Positions 36,856 to 49,496 of a DNA stretch of 64,000 bases are shown piece by piece (the stretch's first letter is position 1; each line of letters starts with the position of its first letter). The DNA comes from Vicugna vicugna. Taxonomy: Eukaryota. The notes under the pieces are model-generated. The model was given only the letters and a program-made list of their open reading frames with translations, was not told the DNA's origin and did not search any database. The stretch is from assembly GCA_013265495.1 (NCBI GenBank), contig MU058198.1, positions 7,331,779 through 7,395,778 on the forward strand, given 5' to 3'. Both the position numbers and the translations under genes were made by a program.

Positions 36856-37699
36856 AAGCTCCATCTGTTTGTCTCTCCAACCATCCGGGAGGGAGGGGAA
36901 GTCTCTGAGGCAGTTATATATTTTCTCTATATTTCTAGTAAAGTTTTCGATATGTTTCTGATTCTTTTGAATATCTCTGAGTTTGAAATTAATTGGCAGT
37001 AATTTGGTCCCCAAAGACTGGGAAATTGGAGAGGTACCTGGAAAGATGTTAAGGGTTAGATATACGGAGGCGGGTGGAGGAATGTCATTGGAGATACCCT
37101 CTTGATTTGAGAATTCTCCTGTGTGGAGGGATACTTCTGAATCTGCTCCAGAAGATACTGTGATCCTAGACCCTGGTCAGGGTTCTCTCAATTCACTTAC
37201 AACCCGGAGGAGACAAAGTCCCAGAGTGAACTAAGGCCTTATTCAAGATGGCCTTGAGTTCCAATTAACATGCAGGCCAGGAACCTGCTGCTGGATTCGA
37301 AAGCTAAGAGTAATCAATCAGCTGTAATTAATCACATACAACAACCTGTCACAGGTACTTGGCCTACACACAGCCCTGTGAGGATTATACCCATGTTATA
37401 CATAAGAAAGCAAGTTGACTCAGTATGATGTCCACATTAAAAGGGTAACCCCAGGCAACCAGAGGCCAGAAGCGGCACTCTACATCTTTCATAGCTAGAA
37501 GCAGAATAGAGAAGCGGCCAAGAGCACAGACTCTCGAGCTAAGCTTCTTGAGTCTAAAGCCTGGTTAGGAAACTGAATGTGCATCAATTTCCCTCCTCTT
37601 GTGTAAAATGAGGCTTATAACAGTACCTTCCTAAAAGACTTCCTACTGTCAAACGAGTTAACGTGACAAAATGCCCAGCACACAGTGCAAGGTGCTTTT

Positions 37700-39394
37700 T
37701 TCTTGTTAGCTCGCGGAGACCACAGGCCAGAATCCTCCTATGGCACGGAGAGATAACGGGTTGCGGTTTTCTTCCCGCGGGTCTGGCGCTCGCAAAGCAC
37801 TCCGCGTGCTCGGGTCACCCCGCATCGCTGGGTATTCCGACAAGATGCCAGGCGGGTGGGGGTATCACCACGCGCGTGCGCGAGAGGCAGGCGGCCTGTG
37901 CTAAGCCAAGCGGCAGAAAAGGGATAGACGTAACTGGCTGTCGACGGGCACCGTCCGCGGCCACGCGCCGCCCAGCGGCCAACCGCCCAGTAGGCCTCGC
38001 GCACCACATTCAGGTCCTCGCCTTGACGCCATCAGGAGACGGACCAATGAACGAAAAGCAGGAAGAGGCGGAGTCACCTGGAGGACCGCCCCTAGCACCT
38101 ACTTCTAACCAGTCGCGAGACAGAAAACTCGCTGAAGGGTGGAGCTAATCTGACGTATACCCAATCCAAGATTTGAGGGCGGTTACATATTACTCACTCC
38201 CGCGAGCTTGACTCTGCCCTCCGTCTTGACGTACACTTCTCAACCTATCAACGACTAAGCCTGTAGAGGGGTGAGGGGAATGGGGCGGAGAGTGGGAGGA
38301 GACAGAGAGAGGAAGGAGGCGTAGGCTGAGGAGGAAGAGGGAGGAGGGGCAGGGAAGTCCAGGCGGAGAAGAGGGCCAAGACTCCAAAGGAGACAACAGG
38401 AGGATGCGCTGGAGCTCCTCAGCTGCTCAACAGCCGTTCCTGATCCCTTAAGGCGCAAGTCAGACAGAGACGGAGGAAAGGAGGAAGAGACTTTTATGTC
38501 GGCAGACAGAGAAGCTCTACCCGTCACCGTTGCCTCACATCCGGGACTTTGGAGGGCTGGCCCCCGCGGCCCCGCCCCCCCTCGCGCCTTTCATGGCGAC
38601 CGGAGGCGGAGGCTGGAAGAGCTGGGTCTGGAGGAGGACCCTTTAAATCTCCTTAAAGGGGTGGCTCCCGATCTCGGCGGACTACAACGCCAGCCTTTAA
38701 AGGGGAAGCCGCTGAACTGACGCTGACAAATTGAGAACTGTGCTGTTGGGAGAATTGGAGCGAGTGGGAATTCTCACCGCCTCTTCTCCCCCAACGCAAG
38801 AAGTCCTTTAAATTCAGCTTAAAGGGGAAGTGGCCGCTCGTGGAGGACTAGAAACTAACTCCCGAGCCCTTAAAGGGGCGGCCTGCTGTTTGGAGAACCC
38901 TGGACTCCTTAAAGGGGTGGCCTCTTTTAGCCGGAGGACTTGAGGCACTTTTAAAGGGGAGGTCTGCGTTTCGGGGCGAGCTTTCGGCCCCTTTTAAAGG
39001 GGTGGCCCTTCCTCTTCCTCGGGGAGACTTGTCTCGACCCCTGGCAGGGGGCGGCCACCGAACTAGGCCGGCCGGACACCGTCGGGTCGTCTTAAAGTGG
39101 CCAGGGGCCGGACAACTTGAGGCCTTGCCTTAAAGGGACGGCCGCCCCGTTTTCGCCGTCTCGGCCCCGCCGGCCCCACAGGGGGGGCCCTCAGGCTTGT
39201 CGCCCCGGGGGCGGCGCCGGCTCCCCGGGCCTTGGCCTTGGGGCAAGCTCGGGGCCAGCAGATCCTGTTTTAAAGAGGAAGCCGTGGCCCTCTCGTCCCT
39301 GTGCAGCCGCCAGCGCCGCGCCTGCGACCCCGGGCCTGCAGACAGGCCGCTTCGGGCCCCGCCGCCTCCGGATGCGGCGCTGAGGGCGGTCGCC
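37700..39394 (+). promoter_or_regulatory. FBRS CpG-island promoter and long 5' leader
   Basis: NRF1-like CGCGCGTGCGC at 37871; CCAAT at ~38044 and ~38162; TCGCGAGA ~38113; TGACGT at 38151 and ~38228; cluster of TTAAAGGGG motifs at 38640-39285. Confidence 0.75.
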
Positions 39395-42300
39395 ATGGAG
39401 ACGGCAGCGGCCGCGGCTCCCGGCCCCGGCTGGGCCGCTGAGGGGGAGCGGCGGCGGCGGCGGTGCTCGCGCCGAGACCGAGACCGGGAGCAGCGGCGCC
39501 GCCGAGGTCCCGGCGGCGACGCGCCCCGGGCCCTGTTGGCCGCCCCGCGCGGATCCTCGTCGTCGTCGTCGCCGCCGCCGCCCGCCAAGCCCTGGTCGTC
39601 AGCTTCGTCTGGAGAGCGGCCCGGAGGCCCGAGACGGCGGCGTCCGCGTCCCAGGCCTCGGCCGCCGCGACCCCGAGCTCGGAAGCGGCCTGCCGGCTCG
39701 GGGAGCCGTGGGGAGGAGGAAGAGGAGGAGGAGGAGGGGGGCGCAGACGATGGGGAGGCCGAGGAGGAGCCTGAGGAGGAGGAAGAAGAAGAGGAGGACT
39801 TGATCGATGGCTTTGCCATCGCCAGCTTCGCCAGCCTCGAGGCCTTGCAGGTGGGGCCTGATGGGGCTGGGAACCTTTGGGGGCTTCAGAGGGCCAGAGA
39901 GAAGGATACGATGCCTGGAGTGGGTGGAGTTGAGGGGGGAATGCTGGCACCCCAAACCAGAGCAACCGGCTCCTCTGGCCAGGCCTCTGCCCCACCCTGG
40001 GGTGGGAGGAGGTAGAGCTAGTCTCCAGGGACCAACCAGGTTACCTGGCCTGAGAGCCACTTTGGTAGCCTGGTCACCCCTAGAGAGGTCGGGAGTTTTC
40101 CTTTCTCCATCTGCTTTAGTCCCACCTCCTCCTCCACAGAAGGATGCGTCTCTTCAGCCCCCAGAGCGACTGGAGCATCGGCTGAAGCATTCTGGGAAGC
40201 GGAAGAGGGGGGGCTCCAGTGGGGCCACTGGGGAGCCAGGAGACAGCTCTGATCGAGAGCCTGGCCGGCCCTCTGGGGATCGTGCCCGAAAGTGGCCCAA
40301 TAAACGGAGAAGGAAAGAGGTGAGCTTGTCCCAGATCCCTGTCCTTTAAAACTCTGAGCAGGATGTCCTTCACCTAGACCCATTATCCATCAGCAATGCC
40401 ACCACTCATCATAAATAGTGACCCCAGTCTCTAAGGGCAAAGAGAAAGGCAGAGCAAATTTGAGGTTTCACTCCCCCATCCAGATCTGACAAAGACATGT
40501 CCATAGTCAGACTTGTCTGCTTTTGGTTGACCCTGAGTCTACCTCAAACATGTTGATAATTCAGAGATGTACCAAAGGGACTTAGTTGAATCAGAAGTGA
40601 ATTGGATATGGTCTCAGCCCTCCTCCTCAAGGCGGTGTCAGTCTAGCAGGAAAGAAACAATCTACGAGCAAATACCTAGACCAAAACCTGAGAAGCAACA
40701 GAAGGTAGAGATCTGGGAGAGATGCTGCAGAAACCCACATGAGGAAGCCACTCATTCTGCCTGGGGGATGGGAGGAGGGTTGTGGTTAGGGAAAGCCCCC
40801 TGGGATGTCTTAGTCAGGCCTTAAAGGATAGTCATAAGCTTGCTAAGAGGAGAAACAGGGCAAAGTTGTTATGGGCAAAAGCACAGAGATGTGAGAATCT
40901 GACACATTTGGAAAATGACCAGAGAATTGGGAGCAGAGGGTGGGCAGTAGCCAGAGAAGCGGCTAGAAAGAGACTGAGAGTGGGTCATGAGGGACCTTGA
41001 GTGCCTTGCCAGGGAGTTTAGACTTTATCCAAAGGCCTCGCCAGTCAGTCTCCCTTACCTCTGGACTCTGGTCTTTCTCAGGCCTCCTCCCGTCATTCTC
41101 TGGAAGCTGGATACATAGTAAGTGCTCTCCACCTGTGCTGGCCCCTCCCCTCTCACTCCCTGTCTGAAAGTCCCCTCTCGACCTTCAGCCCTACTACTGT
41201 TCCCTCTTGTGACACCTTTATCTTTCCTTCTCCCCAGTGTGATGCAGAAAGCGATCTGGACGAGAGGGTGAGTGGGGCTTGAACTTGTTGGGTGGGCATT
41301 ATTACAACTTGTAAAATGAACTGCAGTTTAATGGTCTCCATGTGTAGCAAACAGAGCCTCTCCTTGAGTGGGAAACATGGGTTAGGTTGAGCCAGGATTA
41401 GACTTGGGGAGGAAGCTGGGGGATTGAAAAGGTAAATGATTTTTATTGAAAAGGCTTTGGTGTCAGTCAGATCTAGATTCAAATTCTTGCTCTGCCACTG
41501 AAGCCAGCTGACAAAGAATAGAAGGCCCAGTCCTTGCTGTGCCATCCTTTCCAAAGTCCTTGGAGATGCCAGGCATCCCAGGGTGGCTGTGGAACCCTGC
41601 TGGTCCTTCCTGCTGGCCATTAGTCTGCTCTTGTAGATTAGAGTCTGAGCAGAGACCATGGTCATGGCAGTGAGGACACTAAATTATTGTAGTCAATGTA
41701 AGAACATATCCTGTAAAAGTGTATTTTGGTTTATGGTTAGGGCTAATGTGCTTGTTTTAAAACACTGTGTCCTAGCAGTTGGTGGTCTATCCCTGTAACT
41801 AACTAAATTTATACTTCCTGATGTGTGTCTTGTTTTCGTTTTAAAAATCGGCTGGACAGGGACTCTGGTGAACCAGATAATATTTGTTCATCTGAAGGGG
41901 GCAGCCGCTATCCAGTTCTGGTTAATTGTTGCTGTGTGGAAACAGGGGCCTGCAAGTCTTGAGTTTTTGCAAGGAATCTCTGGATTTCTAAATATCAGCA
42001 AGTAGTTTAAAAATTTTGCTAACGCTTATGGATCAAACAAATCTATAAGCCAGGCAGGCGTATGAGCCAGTAGTTAGGGATTTTTGCTTTGATTTGCCGG
42101 CTATTTTCTCTGCTATTTCAGTGCTGCCTCAGTTCAGTCTTCCTGGCCTATCAGATTCTCAGGCTCAGCTGCTCCACCCTTTTTCCCCCAGCATAGGCCC
42201 CTTAGAGCCCACAATCTTTGGTGGATTTCAGCTCAGCTGATGGAGTAGACTTGTCACCACTACCAGTTCCTAGCAGATTCCAGAGGCTGTTGGCCTTAAG

Positions 42301-45300
42301 TGAGGGCCTGACCTAACTGGAACCTGACCCCACCCGTGTCCTTCTTCCCCAGGTCTCCGATGATGACCTCGACCCATCCTTTACTGTCTCAACCAGCAAA
42401 GGTTGGTCCCAAGGGCTGGGGTTGGAGACAAGGGAGGGAAATTGGGGGAGCATGGGCCACAACTGAACATGTCTGCGTCCTGCCCTCACAGCCTCGGGCC
42501 CCCACGGCGCCTTCAATGGGAACTGTGAAGCAAAACTCTCCGTAGTCCCTAAAGTGTCGGGCCTGGAGCGGAGCCAGGAACAGCCCCCAGGGCCCGACCC
42601 GCTGCTAGTGCCTTTCCCCCCGAAGGAACCACCGCCTCCACCGGCCCCTCGGCCTCCTGTCTCACCCCCTGCACCCCTGCCGGCCGCCCCCAGTCTGCCA
42701 CCCCCACCCCAGCCCCAGCTGCAGCTTCGGGTCTCGCCTTTTGGCCTCCGCACTTCCCCTTATGGCAGCAGCCTGGACCTCAGCACTGGCAGGTGAGTGG
42801 GCCAGGGGTTTGGCCTGGTCTGGAAAGGCCTGGTCATTTTGGTGCCAACCCTTGCATTCTGTGGCTTGGGACATGGGATGGTTCCTGTGGGATGTGACTT
42901 GAAAAAGGATTCCGAGACTGAAAAGCTTGAGAGACACTGGGTGAAACAAATTTAAAGAGATTACGACAGGACTTATCAGAACTCTTTATACGTTCACATG
43001 CAGGGAAATCCAGTTTGTGCCGTTTCCCAGTTTTATTTGCTGGTAAGACATTTTGGCAAGGGATATCTGCTAGGAACAGTGGAACATACTTTGGGAAATG
43101 CTGACACGATGATTAAGGGTGCTGGCTTTGGTGTCAGTCAGACCTAGATTCAAATTCTTGCTCTGCCACTTAATGGCTATGTGATTTTTGACAAGTCACC
43201 TAACTTCTCTGAGCCTCAATTTCTTCAATTTCTTCTTTCTGTAAAACGAAGTAATAATAATAGTATGTTTATCGTAAAGTTGTTGCGAGGATTAATTACA
43301 AGTTAATGCAGTGTTTCCCAAAGTGTGTACGTTCTTCGTTAGTGGTACGTGAAAGAATTTCGGATGTTATATGAGTGAAATTTTTTTAGCTTTGATGTGC
43401 TTTAGAAATATAAGAGTAGTACCTCAACCCCTTGATTTCACTTGTCACTGCTTGAGTGAGACTAAATAAGAAAGAAAGAAACTGAGTTACGTGAAAGAAA
43501 GAAGTAAATGGTACGGGGGTTCCATGGATGCGGCAGCAGTTGGGAGAGTGATGTGAAATGTTGGAGACTTGGATTAGCATATAAAGCAGGTGACAGCACT
43601 TGGTCTACAGTAAGTGCTGGTAAAGGGTAAGAATTATTGATAATATGATTACTGATGCTATTTCTATTATTATTGTCATCATCATTATCACTCTTTTTCT
43701 TATTATTGAGAAAACTAAGGCTCAGAGAGGGGCAGTGACTTGCTCAAGGTCACCCAGGATGTTAATGGCAAGATGGGCCTAGAATTCAGGTCTCCTGACT
43801 CCTAAGCCAGGCCAGCGCGGTGCTGCTTCCACTGTCTTAGGGTGGGAACCCAGGTGGCCTCTTGTAATTAAGCGTCAAAGTGAATGATATGTTTTGTGCT
43901 GTGGTTGAGTCAGAAAAGGGAGTCACGTGGCCAGAGGCGTCAGAGGCAGCTGTGTGGAAGAAGAGACCTAGAGAGGGAGAGGGGGTTGTTGGGTGTGGGA
44001 GGTACCTCAGTCTGAGGATGGGTTCCCAGGGTTGGGGTGGGGGTTCTGGGGGCTGGGTTCTACCACCTTCTAGTTGGAGAACCAGGGTCAAGGTATCGCC
44101 CAGGCTTCTGACCCCCTCCCGTCAGAGCTGGCACCTCCCAACCCCTCACTCATCTCCCCACTTCTCTCCCCAGCTCTTCACGGCCGCCCCCCAAGGCCCC
44201 GGCCCCTCCCGTGGCTCAGCCTCCCCCCTCATCATCCTCTTCGTCCTCTTCCTCCTCATCTGCCTCCTCCTCGTCCGCGCAGCTCACCCACCGGCCCCCG
44301 ACGCCCTCACTGCCCCTGCCTTTATCCACCCACAGCTTCCCCCACCCCGGGCTGCGGCCCCATCAGCCGCTAACGCCCTTTCTGGTGAGTTTGGGGTCCT
44401 GGCCGGGGGGGTGGGGGGCCATGGCCCCGGGCTTGGGCCCAGTTGGCTTTGGGGCATCTGGACCTTAGCAGACAGCAGGGCTTGAGGAGGGAGTGGCTCA
44501 AGGCCAGAAGGGAAGGCCAGTCACCTGGGCCCAAGGAGGCTGACATGGTGGCGACAGATATTAAAGCCTTCTCCCCCTCCCCTCCCACAGAGCAGGACCT
44601 GATCGGCCAGGACCTGAATTCTCGCTACCTGAATGCCCAGGGTGGCCCCGAGGTGGTGGGGGCAGGGGGCTCGGCCCGGCCCCTGGCCTTCCAGTTCCAC
44701 CAGCACAACCACCAGCACCAGCACACCCACCAGCACACCCACCAGCACTTCACCCCTTATCCCCCGGGCCTGCTGCCACCCCATGGCCCCCACATGGTGA
44801 GCTCCTCATTGGGCTGGTGATGAGACTCAGAAACCTCGGGGGAGGGTATGGCTTCCAGGGGAAGGCCCTGGATTCCTGGCTGGCAGCTTACTCTTCCCTT
44901 CTCTTCCCTAGTTTGAGAAATACCCAGGAAAGATGGAAGGCCTTTTCCGGCATAATGTGAGTGTGTGTGTGTGTGGTGTGTGGGCATGGCTGTGTCAGTG
45001 CGTGTGGCCCTGGCTGTTGGGGTCCAGTTTTCAGCTTCAAAGCAAGACCCTTGAGCCTGGGAGAGGTCCCTGGGGGGTTTTAGGGTGGAGGCCAGAGGAC
45101 TGATGGGCAGACCAGATGTGGGCTGCACCTCCGCCCCCAGCTTGGACTAGTCCCCTTCTCTCCACAGCCGTACACGGCCTTCCCTCCCGCAGTGCCCGGC
45201 CTACCTCCGGGCCTCCCGCCGGCTGTCTCCTTTGGCTCCCTGCAGGGGGCCTTCCAGCCCAAGGTGAGCTCCCAATCCAGACACCACCACCACTTCCCAC

Positions 45301-48300
45301 CCCCTACAAACCCAGACACCCCTGGATCCACTTACCTTCCCATACCCCAAAACCATGCCCATTGTCCTGCTTCTCCCGTTGTGGACCCAGGTTTCTCCAA
45401 AGCCATGCTCCCTCCCTGTCCCAGCCCCCAGCTTGGTTCTAGACCCCTTTTATGCCTGGTGCCAGCTCTCCTGACTGATCCCTCGCTCCCCTTTCCCAGA
45501 GCACGAACCCCGAGCTGCCACCACGACTGGGGCCAGTGCCGAGCGGGCTTCCCCAAAAGGGGACACAGGTGAGGGGGGCAAGGCAGGTCCTTGGGGAGCT
45601 GGAAGATCTGTTGAGGGAGAGCAGGGTTGACTTCAGAATGAACCACTGATCCCTCCCTTCAGCGTGTGATTGGGACGTCCCTGAGAATCTGAGGAGAGGG
45701 AATCTCTGTAAAAGACAAGATTTCCCAGGCATGAGGAATAGGAATTTCTTGAAGTTACCCCAGAAATAAGACTAATAGGACAGTGGCTTTTGTAGGGGTT
45801 TTCGAATTTTTTAAGTCACAGAACCCTGTTTTTCATATGACATCATACCAGGAAGTCCTGTCCATAAAACAATGAAAAGATAAGCTGCCCCTTTGTGAAG
45901 TGGCATGGGGAGCAGGGCTTACAGCCCAGGGCTCTGGGAACATCGTGAAAAGCACAGGATGTGTTTCTTAAAGAAGAGACTAGACCAGAGATCTTCCACC
46001 CTCTTTTAGCAATAGTCAAGGCTTTTTTCCAAAGGAATCTTGAGCAGACTTTCATTACAGAAAGCTGTTAATGGGAAGCTTTTCTGGTCTAGAAACCTGT
46101 CCTGCCTGCCCCCTAACCCACTCCGCAGCCTTCCAAGCAGGGCATCTCCTTGGGGCCGGCCAGGTTCAGAAACTTGGTGCTCGAGGGGAGTGGCAGAGGC
46201 AGGGAAAGGAGTCTTGACACAAGCAGGAAAGGTTGGAGGGAGCCACATGAGATCTCAGGGAGGTGTTTGGGGGGAAATGGGGCCTGTAGAGAGGTGCCTA
46301 GGTCAGTAAACAGGTCTGAACTGCTGCCAATCTCTGCTTTGCCATCCCCAGATCCCTGACCATTTCCGGCCACCTTTGAGGGTGAGTTTGGTGAGGACCT
46401 CAGGCTGCATGAGGCTGGGGGCTGGTTTCAGGGTATCTGGCTGAGGGGGTCTTTCCTGGGAGTGAGTAAGAAGCCCAGGATGTAGAGGCAGCCAGATGTG
46501 GAACAGCAGGAAGTGACAGGCTTGCAAGCTGCAGACCTGGGTTCAGACACAGCTGGCCATGGGACCTTGGGCAAGGCAGTTTATCTCTCTGAGCCTCAGT
46601 TTCCTAGGCTGTGAAATGAACCTAGTCATCCCTCAGTTGTAGAGGTGATGAGTGGGGATGTTGTGTGGCAAGGCTGGGCCCAGGGCCAGGTCTGAAGTGG
46701 GTGATGAGTGAACGTTCTTTCCTTCCCTTTCCCTTTGGTCATTCTTCTGGGGCGGCAGAAACCAGGGAAGTGGTGTGCCATGCACGTGCGCGTGGCTTAC
46801 ATGATCCTGAGACACCAGGAAAAGATGAAGGTACTGGGGCCGGAGGGCTGGGGAGAGTGGGCCTGCCTGAGCTCTGGGCATCTGCCTACAGCAGAGCTTG
46901 GCAGAATCTTGGCCAGAAACATCCCCTGCTGTCCCCGGTCACTGCCTGAGCAGCTCCACAGTTACCACTAGGTTCTCTGGCTAACTAGGGGGGCTGGTCA
47001 GAGAAGGCTCTCAGAGAGGCAGAGGCCCACCCAAGCCCCATCTTGGCACCAGCCAGCCCTCGGAGGGGGACTCGGGATGGAAGAGCAAGAACGGGACCAC
47101 ACCTGGCTCCTCATTCACTGCCCCTCTCCCTGTCCCATGCAGGGCGACTCCCACAAGCTTGACTTTCGGAACGACCTCCTGCCCTGCCTTCCGGGGCCCT
47201 ATGGGGCCCTGCCCCCTGGGCAGGAGCTCTCCCACCCGGCCGCCTCCCTCTTCACTGCGACTGGTGAGTCTGGCCAGCCCTCTCCGGGCCTAAGTTTCCC
47301 CATCTGTAGCCCGAGGCCCACCTTGCGCCCACTCAGCCTCAACAGAATCTCCCACCTCTCTGCCCCAGGTGCCGTCCATGCTGCAGCCAACCCTTTCACG
47401 GCAGCTCCCGGGGCCCACGGACCCTTTCTGAGCCCCAGCACCCACATTGGTAAGAGCCAAGGGCATGTTGGGCAACCTAAGCCTTGTCCCAGACTTCTAG
47501 GAGGTCTCAAGCTGGGTTAGAAATTAGACCTGAGAGGCAGCTGAATGGGGAATAGACCTGATTCCACTTGCTGTGATCTTGGGTAAGGTACTCTGCCCCC
47601 TCTGAGCCTTGATCTCATCATATGTAAAATGGGTAGGGAAGGGCAGAGTGATTGCCAGTCCCTGCCAGCTCAGTCGCTGTCTCTGAAATAGCCAGTGGTA
47701 GGGGGTAGTGTGCCATCTCGGGGAGGCAGGGGAGGAGGTCTGTGCAGGCCCAGTGGAGAGCATGGTCACTGGCTCCTAGCAGTCTTAGCAGGTCTTGGGG
47801 GGATTTATTCTGGGTTTGAATGAATGAGGAAGAATTGAGCCTGCTGGCATAGGGAAAGATGTTTCTAGAAGAGGACATTGTGAGGTTCCCTTATGGGCTA
47901 GGTTAGGTGTTCTGACTGGCTCTGTGACATATGCAAGAAGTTAGAGTCAGATTGGGAATGGCCCTGCATGACAGGTGGGAGGAAGCCAGCGGAGGTCTTC
48001 AGGTGAGTGGCTTGCAGTCGAGCTGGTCTGGGTGGCTGGTGTCAGGAAGTGTGAGGTAGGAGCCTGACCTCTGGAGACAGGCCCTGGACTGGGGGTACCA
48101 CTCACTGGCTAGATGACCACTGGCAAGTCACTTCACCTCTCTGAACCTGTTTCATCATCTTTAAGTGGGAAATATCTTGTTTGCCTTACGAAGCTTGTGA
48201 GGTTAAACACGTTGCCTGTTAAAGCTCCATGCCTTGCCTGGTTCAGGGCAGTGCTCAGCACCTGGTTGTTAAAACCAAGTGGCAGAGGGCTCTGGGGTCT

Positions 48301-49496
48301 GCTTGCTGATCAGCTTCTTCCCCGCTGGTTCTTGATGCCTGCTCAGCGCTGGCCACCCAATGCTCTGATCATCCCCCTTCTCTCCCACAGATCCCTTTGG
48401 GCGTCCCACAAGCTTCGCCTCCTTGGCTGCCCTCTCCAACGGGGCATTTGGAGGCCTGGGCAGCCCCACATTCAGTGAGTGCTGGGTGGGGTGGGGTGGG
48501 CCGGGGCTGTGGCCATGGGCTCCTGTGCTCAGGCACAGGGCTGGGAGGGTGCCTGCGTGGGACCTCCCACTCCTGGCTCTGGTTACCCTCTACTTTGTCC
48601 TCTGTCTAGACTCCGGCGCCGTCTTTGCCCAGAAAGAAAGCCCAGGGGCTCCACCAGCCTTCGCCTCCCCCCCAGACCCATGGGGCCGCCTGCACCGCAG
48701 TCCTCTGGCCTTTCCTGCCTGGGTCCGGCCCCCTGAGGCGGCCCGGACACCAGGCTCAGACAAGGAGCGGCCTGTGGAGCGGAGGGAGCCCTCTGTCACT
48801 AAGGAGGAGAAAGACAGGTGTGCCTCCCCACTACTCCCCACTCCCCTACCCGCCTGCGCTCTGCCCTCCCCTTTGCCTGGGTCTGACCTTCATTCTCCTC
48901 CCACGCCTGCCCCCAGGGACCTTCCCTTCTCACGGCCCCAGCTCCGAGTTTCTCCAGCTACTCCCAAGGCCCGGGCTGGCGAGGAAGGGGCCAGGCCAGC
49001 CAAGGAGTCTGTGCGGGTGAAGGAAGAGCGGAAGGAAGAGGCTGCCGCCGCCGCTGCTGCCGCCGCCGCCGCTGCCGCTGCCGCCGCCGCCGCCGCCACC
49101 ACCGGGCCTCAAGGCCTTCACCTGCTGTTCGAGAGGCCTCGGCCACCTCCGTTTCTGGGTCCTAGTCCTCCGGAGCGCTGTGCTGGCTTCCTGGAGCCAA
49201 CCTGGTTGGCAGGGCCCCCTCGCCTTGCTAGACCACCCCGCTTCTATGAGGCGGGTGAGGAGCTGACTGGACCAGGGGCCGTGGCTGCTGCCCGCCTCTA
49301 CGGTCTGGAGCCTGCCCATCCCCTACTCTACAGCCGCTTGGCTCCTCCGCCACCGCCAACCGCGGCCCCGGGAACCCCTCACCTTCTCAGCAAGACTCCC
49401 CCAGGAGCCCTTCTGGGGGCACCGCCTCCACTTGTGCCCGCCCCCCGGCCTAGTTCCCCACCTCGGGCCCCTGGCCCAGCCCGGGCCGACAGGTGA
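39395..49496 (+). CDS. FBRS: Fibrosin (AUTS2 family). Exons 39395-39850, 40140-40319, 41082-41117, 41238-41267, 42353-42401, 42492-42792, 44174-44384 (apparent frameshifting deletion), 44591-44796, 44912-44956, 45168-45263, 45500-45568, 46352-46381, 46759-46830, 47143-47263, 47369-47449, 48391-48474, 48610-48817, 48917-49496. Short form from ATG 44794 is intact (462 aa)
   Basis: AUTS2-family motifs EEDLIDGFAIASFASLEALQ, GYICDAESD, VSGLERS, HQHNHQHQHTHQHTHQHF and KPGKWCAMHV; ends PGPARADR*. All junctions are GT-AG and in phase except exon 7 to 8. Confidence 0.93.
41840..42080. mobile_element. MER102-like hAT-Charlie fragment in FBRS intron 4
   Basis: aaggggcagccgctatccagttctgg...tggatttctaaat...caaacaaatct resembles MER102. 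Confidence 0.5.
43105..43310 (+). mobile_element. MIR SINE in FBRS intron 6
   Basis: ggctttggtgtcagtcagacctagattcaaat...gctctgccactt...ctctgagcctcaatttc...ctgtaaaa. Confidence 0.75.
43700..43835 (-). mobile_element. MIR SINE in FBRS intron 6
   Basis: aaactaaggctcagagaggggcagtgacttgctcaaggtcac...gtctcctgactcc. Confidence 0.75.
49041..49097 (+). repeat. GCC/GCT polyalanine tract (19 Ala) in FBRS last exon
   Basis: 57 nt of GCY codons, counted directly. Confidence 0.95.

Noticed and set aside
38640..39285. CRISPR-like repeat-spacer array
   Set aside because: Repeat core is only ~9-14 nt, spacing is irregular, there are no cas genes and the context is mammalian. Kept as a motif-cluster finding.
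39130..40060. Long - strand ORFs (229, 241, 153 aa) over FBRS exon 1
   Set aside because: Low-complexity antisense frames of very GC-rich coding sequence.
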